Shown here piece by piece: positions 30,799 to 38,696 of a stretch of DNA of 64,000 nucleotides. The translations under genes and the position numbers were made by a program. Below the pieces are notes generated by a model, which worked only from the letters and a program-made list of their open reading frames with translations, was not told the origin of the DNA and did no database searches. This DNA comes from Hyphomicrobiales bacterium (lineage in GTDB: Bacteria; Pseudomonadota; Alphaproteobacteria; Rhizobiales; Rhizobiaceae), in NCBI GenBank assembly GCA_038325465.1, contig JBBQJA010000001.1, forward strand, positions 148,499-212,498. Direction: 5' to 3'. Position 1 is the stretch's first letter. Each line of letters begins with the position of its first letter.

Positions 30799-31772
30799 GC
30801 CACACTCAGCCTGGGATCGATCAGGGTGTAGATGATATCTGTCATCAGGTTGATCAGCACGAAGAGCGTGGCGGTGATCAGGACCGCGCCCTGAACCACC
30901 GGATAGTCGCGGGCGAAGATGGCATCGACCGTGATCTTGCCGATCCCGGGCCAGGAAAACACCGTCTCGGTGATGACAACGCCGCCCAGCAACTGCCCGA
31001 ATTGGATGCCGAGCAGCGTGACAATCGGGATCTAGGCGTTACGAAAGGCGTGACGCCACACCACCGTGCGCGCCGAAAGGCCCTTGGATCGGGCGGTGCG
31101 GATGAAATCGGCGCGCAGCACTTCAAGCATCGTCGAGCGCGTCATCCGCATGACCGCAGCCGCGAGCGCAGTTCCGAGCGTGATGGCAGGCAACACGAGG
31201 TGGGTCAAGAAAGCCATCGGGTCCTGCAGCGGCGACACATAACCTGAGGCGGGCAGAACGGGAATATAGATCGAGAAGGTGAGGATCAGCAGCACGCCGA
31301 GCCAGAAACTCGGCATCGACAGGCCGCAGAGCGCCAGAAAGGAGACCGAATAATCCGCCGCCGTATCGCGGCGGGTGGCGGCGATGACGCCGGCCGGTAT
31401 CGCAATTGCGAGCGAGACAACGAGGGCTGCGACCGACAGAAGGGCGGTCGGGCCGAGCGCCCCCAGAAGCAGCGGCAGGACGTCCCGCCCGCCCTGGATC
31501 GAACGACCGAAATCGCCTGTGAAAATGTTTCCGATCCAGGTCAGATACTGGACCACGATGGGCTCGTCGAGGGCCAGGCGCTCACGCAGGGCGGCAATCG
31601 CTTCTGGCGTCGCTTCCATTCCAAGCAGTGCCGTCGCCGGGTCGCCGGGGATCAGTCTGACCAGCAGAAAGACGACGACGGATGTTCCGAAAAGAATCGG
31701 AACCAGGCTGAAAATCCGCCAGAGCAGGAAGGATTGCACGAGTGTGACGGTCCCTGTCGGTTGTTGTGACAA
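30795..31772 (-). pseudogene. ABC transporter permease (DppB/OppB-type) interrupted by an in-frame TAG
   Basis: One frame reads ..[51 protein letters not shown].. The TAG (complement of 31032-31034) sits where the family has Leu in RNAL-IP. Confidence 0.8.
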
Positions 31773-31855
31773 GCGATTGATATTTTAAGTTGAACCGGTT
31801 CATTTTGACATTGAACCGGTTCAATTAATCAGATACTCAGTCATCCACGCCCCCC

Positions 31856-32890
31856 TTGTCAACGGGAATCTGTGCCGTGTCGTCTCAGGCGAACCCAGGA
31901 TCGTTTACCGAAACGACATCGAGCCCGGTTCTCGAAGTCCGTGGCCTGCGCGTGGGTTTTGCCAAGAGTGTCGACATTGTCGACGGGTTGGATCTCACCA
32001 TCGCGGCAGGCGAGCTTCTGTGCATCGTCGGGGAGTCCGGGTCGGGCAAGAGCCTGACCGCCCTGTCCGTGATGGGGCTCATGCCCTCCAACGGCCGGGT
32101 GCGCGCGGACGTTCTGAACCTTGAGGGCGTGGACCTGTTGGGCCTGAGCGAACCGGGGCTGGCGGGCCTGCGCGGCAACCGCATGGCGATGGTGTTCCAG
32201 GAGCCGATGACCTCGCTCAATCCGGTGATGACGGTTGGCGAGCAGATCATTGAGGCGCTGTTGCGGCACAGGGCGGTCAGCCGTGCGGAGGCCCGCGACA
32301 TTGGCATGGCCATGCTGCGCCGCGTGCACATTCCCGCAGCTGACACGCGCTTTGACATGTATCCGCACCAGCTTTCAGGCGGCATGCGGCAGCGGATGAT
32401 GATCGCCATGGCGCTGGTCTGCCGGCCACAGTTGTTGATCGCCGACGAGCCAACGACCGCACTCGACGTGACCATCCAGAACCAGATCCTGAGGCTCATC
32501 GACGAGTTGCGCGCCGAGCTCGGAACGGCGGTTCTGTTCATCACTCACAATCTTGCAGTCGTGGCCGAAATCGCCGACCGTATTGCCGTGATGTATGCGG
32601 GGCGAATCGTGGAACAGGGCAGCCGAACCGACATCTTCGACGATCCCCAGCATCCCTATACACTTGCGCTGTTTGCGGCGATGCCGCGGGCATCCGATCT
32701 CGGCCAGCGCCTTGCCGCCATTGACGGTCAGGTGCCTCAGCCCGGATCGATGCCCCCGGGCTGCCGGTTTGCGCCGCGATGTCCGTTTGTCATCGATCGC
32801 TGCCGCACCGAGACGCCGCCACTTGTCGAACTTTCGCCCGGGCACAAGGCCGCCTGCTGGCGCGCACCGCTGGAAAGGAATGTCGCGTGA
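31856..32890 (+). CDS. Oligopeptide/opine ABC transporter ATP-binding protein (DppD-type)
   Basis: Walker A GESGSGKS, LSGGMRQR and Walker B LIADEPTTALD are present, plus the C-terminal Cys-rich oligopeptide-ATPase extension. The start is uncertain (TTG 31856 or GTG 31876). Confidence 0.85.
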   Translation: MSTGICAVSSQANPGSFTETTSSPVLEVRGLRVGFAKSVDIVDGLDLTIAAGELLCIVGESGSGKSLTALSVMGLMPSNGRVRADVLNLEGVDLLGLSEPGLAGLRGNRMAMVFQEPMTSLNPVMTVGEQIIEALLRHRAVSRAEARDIGMAMLRRVHIPAADTRFDMYPHQLSGGMRQRMMIAMALVCRPQLLIADEPTTALDVTIQNQILRLIDELRAELGTAVLFITHNLAVVAEIADRIAVMYAGRIVEQGSRTDIFDDPQHPYTLALFAAMPRASDLGQRLAAIDGQVPQPGSMPPGCRFAPRCPFVIDRCRTETPPLVELSPGHKAACWRAPLERNVA

Positions 32891-33960
32891 GCGTGCCGAT
32901 CCTGGAGATGACCGGGTTGGTCAAGACATACGAAACAGGGGCGACCCTGTTTCGCGACGGGCGTGTGGCGCGTGTCGTTGATCACGTAAGCCTGACCATA
33001 GGACGCGGGGAAACCTTCGGCCTGGTGGGCGAAAGCGGGTCGGGAAAGTCCACCATCGGACGGCTGGCGCTGCGCCTGATCGAGGCGGACCAGGGCGAAA
33101 TCCGCTTCGACGGTATCGACGTCCGGCAGCAGACGCCTGAAGGCATGAAGCGGTTGCGCCGGCGAATGCAGATCATCTTCCAGGACCCTTTCAGCTCGCT
33201 CGATCCCCGGGTGCGCGTCGGCGAGGCGATCGCCCAGCCGATCCGTCTGCACGGTCTGAGGCCGCCGGTCGAAGTTTCCGGGCGGGTGGCCGAGCTTCTT
33301 GATCTCGTCGGCCTCGCGCCCCATCAGGCGGGTCGCTATCCGCATGAATTTTCCGGCGGCCAAAGGCAGCGCATTGCCATTGCGCGCGCGCTCGCCGTCG
33401 AGCCCGATTTCATTGTCTGCGACGAACCGGTCTCCGCTCTTGACGTCTCGATCCAGGCCCAGGTGCTCAATCTGCTGGGCGATTTGCGAGACCGGTTGGG
33501 AATGTCGCTCCTGTTCATCAGCCATGACATGGCCGTGGTGCGCCATCTCGCCACTCATGTGGGCGTGCTTTATGCCGGAACTCTGGTGGAAACGGGTCCG
33601 GCGGCAGACGTGTTCGGCAATCCGCGTCATCCCTACACGCGGATGCTGCTTGCCGCGACGCCCAATCCGGTGCCCGGGCTGAGGGCGCGCGGGGCGGAAA
33701 TCGACGGCGAACCGCCAAGCCCTTACCACCGTGCATCCGGATGCCCCTTCGCGTCCCGCTGCACTGAGCGCATTGATGCGTGCCTGGAGGCGCGGCCGGG
33801 GTTGGATGAATGGACCCAAGGCAAACATAGCGCCGCCTGTTTCAGATCGGGCGAGCTTCCTCACCTGGTGCCCTTGTCGGACGACGAGGCGCAAATGGCT
33901 GAGCCTTACCGGCGTCGCCTCGGCCTGTTGCGCGCAGCCCGGGCTCAGGCGCGCACATGA
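32887..33960 (+). CDS. Oligopeptide/opine ABC transporter ATP-binding protein (DppF-type)
   Basis: GTG 32887 overlaps the upstream TGA (GTGA). Walker A GESGSGKST, FSGGQRQR and Walker B IVCDEPVSALD are present. Confidence 0.85.
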   Translation: MSVPILEMTGLVKTYETGATLFRDGRVARVVDHVSLTIGRGETFGLVGESGSGKSTIGRLALRLIEADQGEIRFDGIDVRQQTPEGMKRLRRRMQIIFQDPFSSLDPRVRVGEAIAQPIRLHGLRPPVEVSGRVAELLDLVGLAPHQAGRYPHEFSGGQRQRIAIARALAVEPDFIVCDEPVSALDVSIQAQVLNLLGDLRDRLGMSLLFISHDMAVVRHLATHVGVLYAGTLVETGPAADVFGNPRHPYTRMLLAATPNPVPGLRARGAEIDGEPPSPYHRASGCPFASRCTERIDACLEARPGLDEWTQGKHSAACFRSGELPHLVPLSDDEAQMAEPYRRRLGLLRAARAQART

Positions 33961-35201
33961 TACCGCCGCTGCGTCCGCCTGAAACCCGGCAGGCCACCAT
34001 TGCCGATGTCGCGCGCATGGCCGGGGTCGCCAAAAGCACCGTGTCAAATTTTTTGAATGGCACCGCGCCGGTATCGGACGCGATCCGCGTGAAGGTGTCT
34101 GCGGCGATTGCCGCGCTCGACTATCATCCGGCCGAGATCGCACGTTCCTTCACATCCCGAAGGCGCGCGGCGCGCGGCGTCGACCGTTTCGGTCCGGAGG
34201 TGCCCTGCCTGACGGTGGTGGGGTATGTCAGCGTGGACTACATCGCCCGGCTGCCGCATCTGCCAGCAAGAGAAGATCGTCTGCTGGCAGGCGAAATCGT
34301 CAAGGCCATTGGAGGGCCCGGTGCCAATGTGGCGGCCATTGCCGCAGGTGTGGGCGGCGAATGGACCTTGTCCTGTTCGCTCATCACCCATGTCGGCATT
34401 GACCAGGACAGCGATTGGGCGGTTTCCGAACTTGCCGATCGCGGGGTCGACATCATCACGCCGCGCGAGCGACGCCAGGGCCGGCTCTCCCGCGCGCTGG
34501 TGCTGGTGGAGCCAGACGGCAAACGGACGATCATTGCCGAACCGCTGAGCGTGGGTCAGGTCGACCTGCGCGAGTTCATAGAGGCGACCGATACGGGTGG
34601 CCGTATCTGGGGCCTGCATCTGGAAGGGTTCCAGGTTCCAGGGCTTGCCGGCCACATGCACGCAGCACGCGCGCGCGGGTTCAAGAGCTCGATGCACGCC
34701 ACGGGTTTGCCGCGCGACTGGATCGCCAGCCACAGTGAAGCCATGCTGTCGCAGTTTGACGTGGTCGTCCTGCAGCGGGAGAAGCTCGCCGCCATGCCGG
34801 GATGTCCGCCCGCAACAGATGCCGCCATCGACTGGCTTGCCGCGCGCGCGACCGATCCAGCCCTTCCGTTCCCCGAGGCGCTGATCGTGTCTCTTGGTGC
34901 CAGGGGTGCGGCGCTGATAACCCGTGAGGGTCGCATCGTGCGCGCGCCTGCGCTTGTGGTCGAGGTGATTGACGAGACCGGTGCCGGCGACGCGCTGATT
35001 GGTGCCTTCCTCGCCTGCTGGCTCAACGGAGCGAGCCCCGAGCTTGCCATAACCCAGGCTTGCGTTGCCGCAGGCCTGGCGCTCACGACCATCGGTGCCC
35101 AGGAAATGCGGCCCGGCGCCGATCTGCTCGCCCGATATCTGATCCCCGGCGCAGCCGCGACCGCGCGAGCCGAGCTTTCTCTTTTGCATCCCCAGGAGTG
35201 A
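33957..35201 (+). CDS. LacI-type HTH domain fused to a PfkB/ribokinase-family carbohydrate kinase domain
   Basis: ATG 33957 overlaps the upstream stop (ATGA). N-terminus TIADVARMAGVAKSTVSNFLNG..YHPAEIARS is a LacI HTH. The rest is PfkB (GGPGANVA, DETGAGDALIGAF). No periplasmic-binding-like effector domain is present. Confidence 0.75.
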   Translation: MIPPLRPPETRQATIADVARMAGVAKSTVSNFLNGTAPVSDAIRVKVSAAIAALDYHPAEIARSFTSRRRAARGVDRFGPEVPCLTVVGYVSVDYIARLPHLPAREDRLLAGEIVKAIGGPGANVAAIAAGVGGEWTLSCSLITHVGIDQDSDWAVSELADRGVDIITPRERRQGRLSRALVLVEPDGKRTIIAEPLSVGQVDLREFIEATDTGGRIWGLHLEGFQVPGLAGHMHAARARGFKSSMHATGLPRDWIASHSEAMLSQFDVVVLQREKLAAMPGCPPATDAAIDWLAARATDPALPFPEALIVSLGARGAALITREGRIVRAPALVVEVIDETGAGDALIGAFLACWLNGASPELAITQACVAAGLALTTIGAQEMRPGADLLARYLIPGAAATARAELSLLHPQE

Positions 35202-35207
35202 TCCGCC

Positions 35208-36056
35208 TTGTCCAGTCCCTCGACCATCTTTCGACCCAAGCCCCATGCCATTGACGCGCTTTTCGGGCTTCGAAAAGCTGTGATTGGCGTCATTCACGCG
35301 CTGCCGTTGCCGGGCTCCTCGCTCTATGAGGGCGACCCCGTCGAGCGGATCTATGCCCATGCGGTGTCGGAAGCCCGGCGTTACCGCGACAATGGCGTCG
35401 ATGGCCTGATTGTCGAGAACCACGGCGACATTCCGTTTTTGAAGCCCGACGAGATCGGCCCGGAAACGGCGGCCGTGATGGCGGTCATGACCGACCGCGT
35501 GCGCCAGGCGGTGGGAGGGCCGGTCGGCATCAACGTGCTGGCCAACGCGCCCATCGTGGCCTTCGCCTGCGCCAAAGCTGCGGACGCCGACTTCATCCGC
35601 GTCAACCAGTGGGCCAACGCTTATGTGGCCAACGAAGGTTTCATGGAAGGCAAGGCGGGAGCTGCGACCCGCTACCGGTCGTGGATCGGTGCCAGATCGG
35701 TGCGCGTCTTTGCCGATGTCCACGTCAAACACGGGGCGCATGCCATCGTCGCTGACAGGTCCTATGCGGAAATGGCCCGTGACGCCGAATTTTTCGATGC
35801 TGACGGCATCATCGTGACCGGCCAGCGGACCGGCGACAGCGCCGATCCCGAGGAACTCAAGACGTTTGCCCAGTCCACCGGCCTGCCGGTTCTGGTGGGC
35901 AGCGGCGTGACCCGTGACAATGTCGCCTCGATCTTCGCCCATGCAGACGCGGTCATCGTCGCAAGCTCTCTCAAGAAGGACGGGCTGTGGTGGAACGAGG
36001 TTGATCCGGAGCGGGTGCGCGACCTCATGGCGGTCGTCAAAAGCTTGCGCGGATGA
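35208..36056 (+). CDS. BtpA/SgcQ-family TIM-barrel protein
   Basis: TTG 35208 is the only available start. Motifs VIGVIHALPLPGS, GVDGLIVENHGD and GSGV match the BtpA/SgcQ family. Confidence 0.7.
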   Translation: MSSPSTIFRPKPHAIDALFGLRKAVIGVIHALPLPGSSLYEGDPVERIYAHAVSEARRYRDNGVDGLIVENHGDIPFLKPDEIGPETAAVMAVMTDRVRQAVGGPVGINVLANAPIVAFACAKAADADFIRVNQWANAYVANEGFMEGKAGAATRYRSWIGARSVRVFADVHVKHGAHAIVADRSYAEMARDAEFFDADGIIVTGQRTGDSADPEELKTFAQSTGLPVLVGSGVTRDNVASIFAHADAVIVASSLKKDGLWWNEVDPERVRDLMAVVKSLRG

Positions 36057-36976
36057 AAAGGCTCTTCGTCTTCGGCAACGCCACCGTCGATCTGACGATG
36101 ACGGTTGCGGCCTGGCCCAGGCCCGGGGAGACGCTGCTTGCGCGCGGCTTTGGGCGCGGGGCAGGGGGCAAGGGGCTCAACCAGGCGGTTGCGGCGGCGC
36201 GTGCGGGTGCGCGCGTCCTCCTTGCAGCGCGGATCGGCAAGGACGATGACGGGCGTTATCTGCGGCAGGCAGCGTTGGCGGAAGCCGGCATCGAGGCGTT
36301 CTTCATACAAACCGATGCGCCGACCGATCTGTCGTCGATCTGGGTTTCGGCCGATGGCGAGAACATGATCGTCACATCGGCTGCCTGCTGTCGGTCCATG
36401 CAGACCGAAGACGCCACCGCATTCCTCGGTTCCGCCCGCAGCGGCGACATCCTTCTCCTGCAAGGCAATCTTGGCGAACGCACCACGATTGGTGCGGCGC
36501 AACGTGCGCGCGCCTGCGGGCTCACGGTCATTCTCAACAGCGCACCGATTGACTGGGACATGGCGGACCTGCTGCCGCTCGTCGACATCCTCGTCTGCAA
36601 TGCGCCCGAAGCCCGCACCTTGTCAGGTCTTGACGGCGAGGCGGCGTTGCCGGTGCTGCAGAAGCGGGTCCAGGGAGCGGTGCTGCTGACGCTCGGCGGG
36701 GCGGGTGCGGTGCTGGCGGGTGACGGAGGTTTTACGCCGATTGCTGCGCCGAAGGTCGAGGTGGTCGACACCTCCGGGGCTGGTGACATGGTGGTAGGGA
36801 TGCTGGCGGCGGCGCTCACACAAGGCCTGCCGCTTGCCGAAGCTGCGAGGCTTGCGGTGAGCGCGGCGTCGATGGTGGTTACACGGGCGGGAACGCTCGC
36901 GTCTTATCCAGATGCAACCGTGCTGTCGCGTATGATGTCGACGGCTGCCGCAAACGCTGCCCACAGGCACCAATAG
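36053..36976 (+). CDS. Ribokinase-like PfkB-family carbohydrate kinase
   Basis: ATG overlaps the upstream stop (ATGA). Motifs GGKGLNQAVAAAR and VVDTSGAGDMVVG (anion hole and catalytic Asp) are present. Confidence 0.8.
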   Translation: MKRLFVFGNATVDLTMTVAAWPRPGETLLARGFGRGAGGKGLNQAVAAARAGARVLLAARIGKDDDGRYLRQAALAEAGIEAFFIQTDAPTDLSSIWVSADGENMIVTSAACCRSMQTEDATAFLGSARSGDILLLQGNLGERTTIGAAQRARACGLTVILNSAPIDWDMADLLPLVDILVCNAPEARTLSGLDGEAALPVLQKRVQGAVLLTLGGAGAVLAGDGGFTPIAAPKVEVVDTSGAGDMVVGMLAAALTQGLPLAEAARLAVSAASMVVTRAGTLASYPDATVLSRMMSTAAANAAHRHQ

Positions 36977-37148
36977 ACGCGGTGACAGCGGGACCGATCA
37001 GGGCTGGGTGAACTTGTCTCTGACGCGGCAGTCGGCACCGAGGCGCTGGCCGGGATCCCACCTCTGCGCTGCACAATTTCACCGCAGTTGCGTCATTGCA
37101 CCATGGTACAACTCGTGATAGCCCGCGCCAAGTAATCAGCTATCCGGA

Positions 37149-37257
37149 CATTACAGCGCCGCGCATCCAATCGGATGCGTAAATGCCGCTGTAAAACATT
37201 GAATGAATGCATGTCTGTTATCGCACAAATCAAACCATTTGCGCGCGACATGCATCA
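37149..37257. repeat. Family A double-hairpin element, copy A4
   Basis: CATTACAGCGCCGCGCATCC..CTGTAAAACATTGAATGAATGCATG..GCGCGCGACATGCATCAG. It abuts element D1. Confidence 0.8.
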
Positions 37258-37376
37258 GTGGTGCGATCCTGACAGATGGTTCCCATCTGTCAGGACAAAT
37301 CGCCCCTCCAGATCGATAGCTTGTGGGCTGACTTTCCGAAGCAGATGGGAACCATCTGTCTCCGTCAGACCACCAG
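37256..37376. mobile_element. Family D MITE-like element, copy D1
   Basis: About 120 bp, about 90 percent identical by eye to the reverse complement of 46268-46389. Internal hairpins are CCTGACAGATGG..CCATCTGTCAGG and CAGATGGGAACCATCTG. Termini are CAGTGGT/ACCACCAG. Confidence 0.7.
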
Positions 37377-37456
37377 ATGTCGCGTCGGCATTCCAACACG
37401 GTCCGTTCCCGGTGCGTCGTCAAGGCTTCCACCGCGCGTCGCCGGACTGGTCTCTT

Positions 37457-37669
37457 TCAACTGTTCTTCCTGCCGCCATTGCCGAGGCTCAAGGGCGGAT
37501 CTTCCTGAGTGTCAACACCTGCAGCATTGAGAATGGCTTCCGCCTCAATCAACTGCCTGACGGTCGCCAGGATCTCTTCAGGACTCGCACCCCTGTCGAG
37601 GTCGGATCTGATCCGCTCCAGCATCTGCTTGTGAAACACGGTCTGCTTGGCCATCCGGCTTTTCCCCAT
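37457..37669 (-). CDS. Small hypothetical protein (65-70 aa) downstream of the QS operon
   Basis: An open frame on the same strand as luxI, 62 nt after the preceding small ORF. The sequence is helical and charged. No family was recognised. Confidence 0.3.
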   Translation of the reverse strand: MGKSRMAKQTVFHKQMLERIRSDLDRGASPEEILATVRQLIEAEAILNAAGVDTQEDPPLSLGNGGRKNS

Positions 37670-37731
37670 ATCACCTGTCGAATGGGAAAATGAAACATTT
37701 CGCGAAGAAATGCAACCTGTAATACAACCTA

Positions 37732-37920
37732 TCAGATAGGTTGAAGTGCGGCATTCTCACTCATGCGATGAAGCCGGTTCTGCGTCTGGGTTTCCGTGAT
37801 CGACAGCAGGACCACTTCGAGCAGATATTTGAGGAGTTCGTCCTCCAGCGCCTCGGCAACCCGCAGCGACGAACGGATGTGGATTTCAATCTCTTTGTAG
37901 GCGTTGCGTTCTTCATGCAT
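37732..37920 (-). CDS. 62-aa ORF translationally coupled to the LuxI-family gene (CinS-like position)
   Basis: ATG (37920-37918) and the luxI TGA (37915-37913) share the string ATGCATGA. The product is MHEERNAYKEIEIHIRSSLRVAEALEDELLKYLLE.., helical and acidic. Confidence 0.5.
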   Translation of the reverse strand: MHEERNAYKEIEIHIRSSLRVAEALEDELLKYLLEVVLLSITETQTQNRLHRMSENAALQPI

Positions 37921-38605
37921 AGACGGCCACCTCTCTGGTTGTTGCCCTGGCACCCTCGACCAGTGGCATGTAAGTCTGGTTCGGCATCATTTTGCGGTAG
38001 ACAGGCAGATCGACGCTGAGGCTTTCCTGCATGGCGGCGTGGACACTGTGGTTCACCTCGAAGGCGCCGCAGCAGACCGGGTAGCGTCCGTAACCGTCAG
38101 CGCGGCCCAATTCATCCACCTGCAGCCCGGCCCGGCGATAGACCCGCTTCATCTGCGGCTCGTAGTTGGAGATCATGGTGCCGATCCCGTGTTCGAGGGC
38201 GCATTCGCACAGCGCGAGCAGGAGCATTCCAAACGCACGGGAGGGCTCAAGTTCTGGGTGGTCGATGGCGAGCGCATCGGTGTCGACGCACATGCGTGTC
38301 CCCTCCCAGATTGCCGGCGAGACCAGATTGACGGACCCGGGAAACGTGCTTCGGAACCGGTCATACAGCAGGGTGGGCCCGGTGGTCGGCATCAGCCGCA
38401 GCGCGCCGTAGAGTTTGCGCAGCGACGGATCGCACCAGACGAGGTAGGTGGGCCGGAAGTCGTCGTAGGCGTCGCGTTCGTGATCGCCGCGGACGTCGAC
38501 ATCCCATCCAAGTTGATCGGCGAAGACTTTTTTGCGGAGCCGAAACATCTGGTCGAGAAGGTCAGGAACGCGGGTTAAGTGATGGGCTTCAATTGTTGTG
38601 AACAT
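37913..38605 (-). CDS. LuxI-family acyl-homoserine-lactone synthase
   Basis: 230 aa. Autoinducer-synthase motifs are present (FRLRKKVFADQLGWDV, ERDAYDD, LRLMPTTGP, WEGTRMCV). Confidence 0.85.
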   Translation of the reverse strand: MFTTIEAHHLTRVPDLLDQMFRLRKKVFADQLGWDVDVRGDHERDAYDDFRPTYLVWCDPSLRKLYGALRLMPTTGPTLLYDRFRSTFPGSVNLVSPAIWEGTRMCVDTDALAIDHPELEPSRAFGMLLLALCECALEHGIGTMISNYEPQMKRVYRRAGLQVDELGRADGYGRYPVCCGAFEVNHSVHAAMQESLSVDLPVYRKMMPNQTYMPLVEGARATTREVAVYA

Positions 38606-38678
38606 GGCATCCTTCTCCGTTTAGCGGACAAGGAGAGCTTGGTTCACAACGAGTTCTTTGTGTATCGCCCTATAGGAG

Positions 38679-38695
38679 CCCCCTCATATTGGGGG
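38679..38695 (-). promoter_or_regulatory. Short G/C-clamped hairpin one nt after the luxR stop
   Basis: On the transcript strand it reads CCCCCAATATGAGGGGG: 5 G-C pairs and a 7-nt loop. There is no U-tract. It lies between luxR and luxI. Confidence 0.35.
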
Positions 38696-38696
38696 A

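Noticed and set aside
14784-31034. Programmed amber decoding (pyrrolysine-type or suppressor) to explain two in-frame TAG codons (14784-14786; complement of 31032-31034)
   Set aside because: Only two cases exist, and one gene also has a frameshift. No pyl genes are visible. The only tRNA present is an ordinary tRNA-Val(CAC). Simple nonsense mutation or sequence error is more likely. The TAG in DppB is kept as a finding, but not as recoding.
34044-35942. Very long antisense ORFs: 34044-35942(-) 632 aa, 305-1969(-) 554 aa, 15550-17208(+) 552 aa, 42542-43963(-) 473 aa, 47517-48992(-) 491 aa, 28320-29642(+) 440 aa
   Set aside because: These are typical high-G+C shadow frames. Their composition is Arg/Gly/His/Asp-rich and they lack motifs. 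Each lies opposite a gene with clear family signatures.
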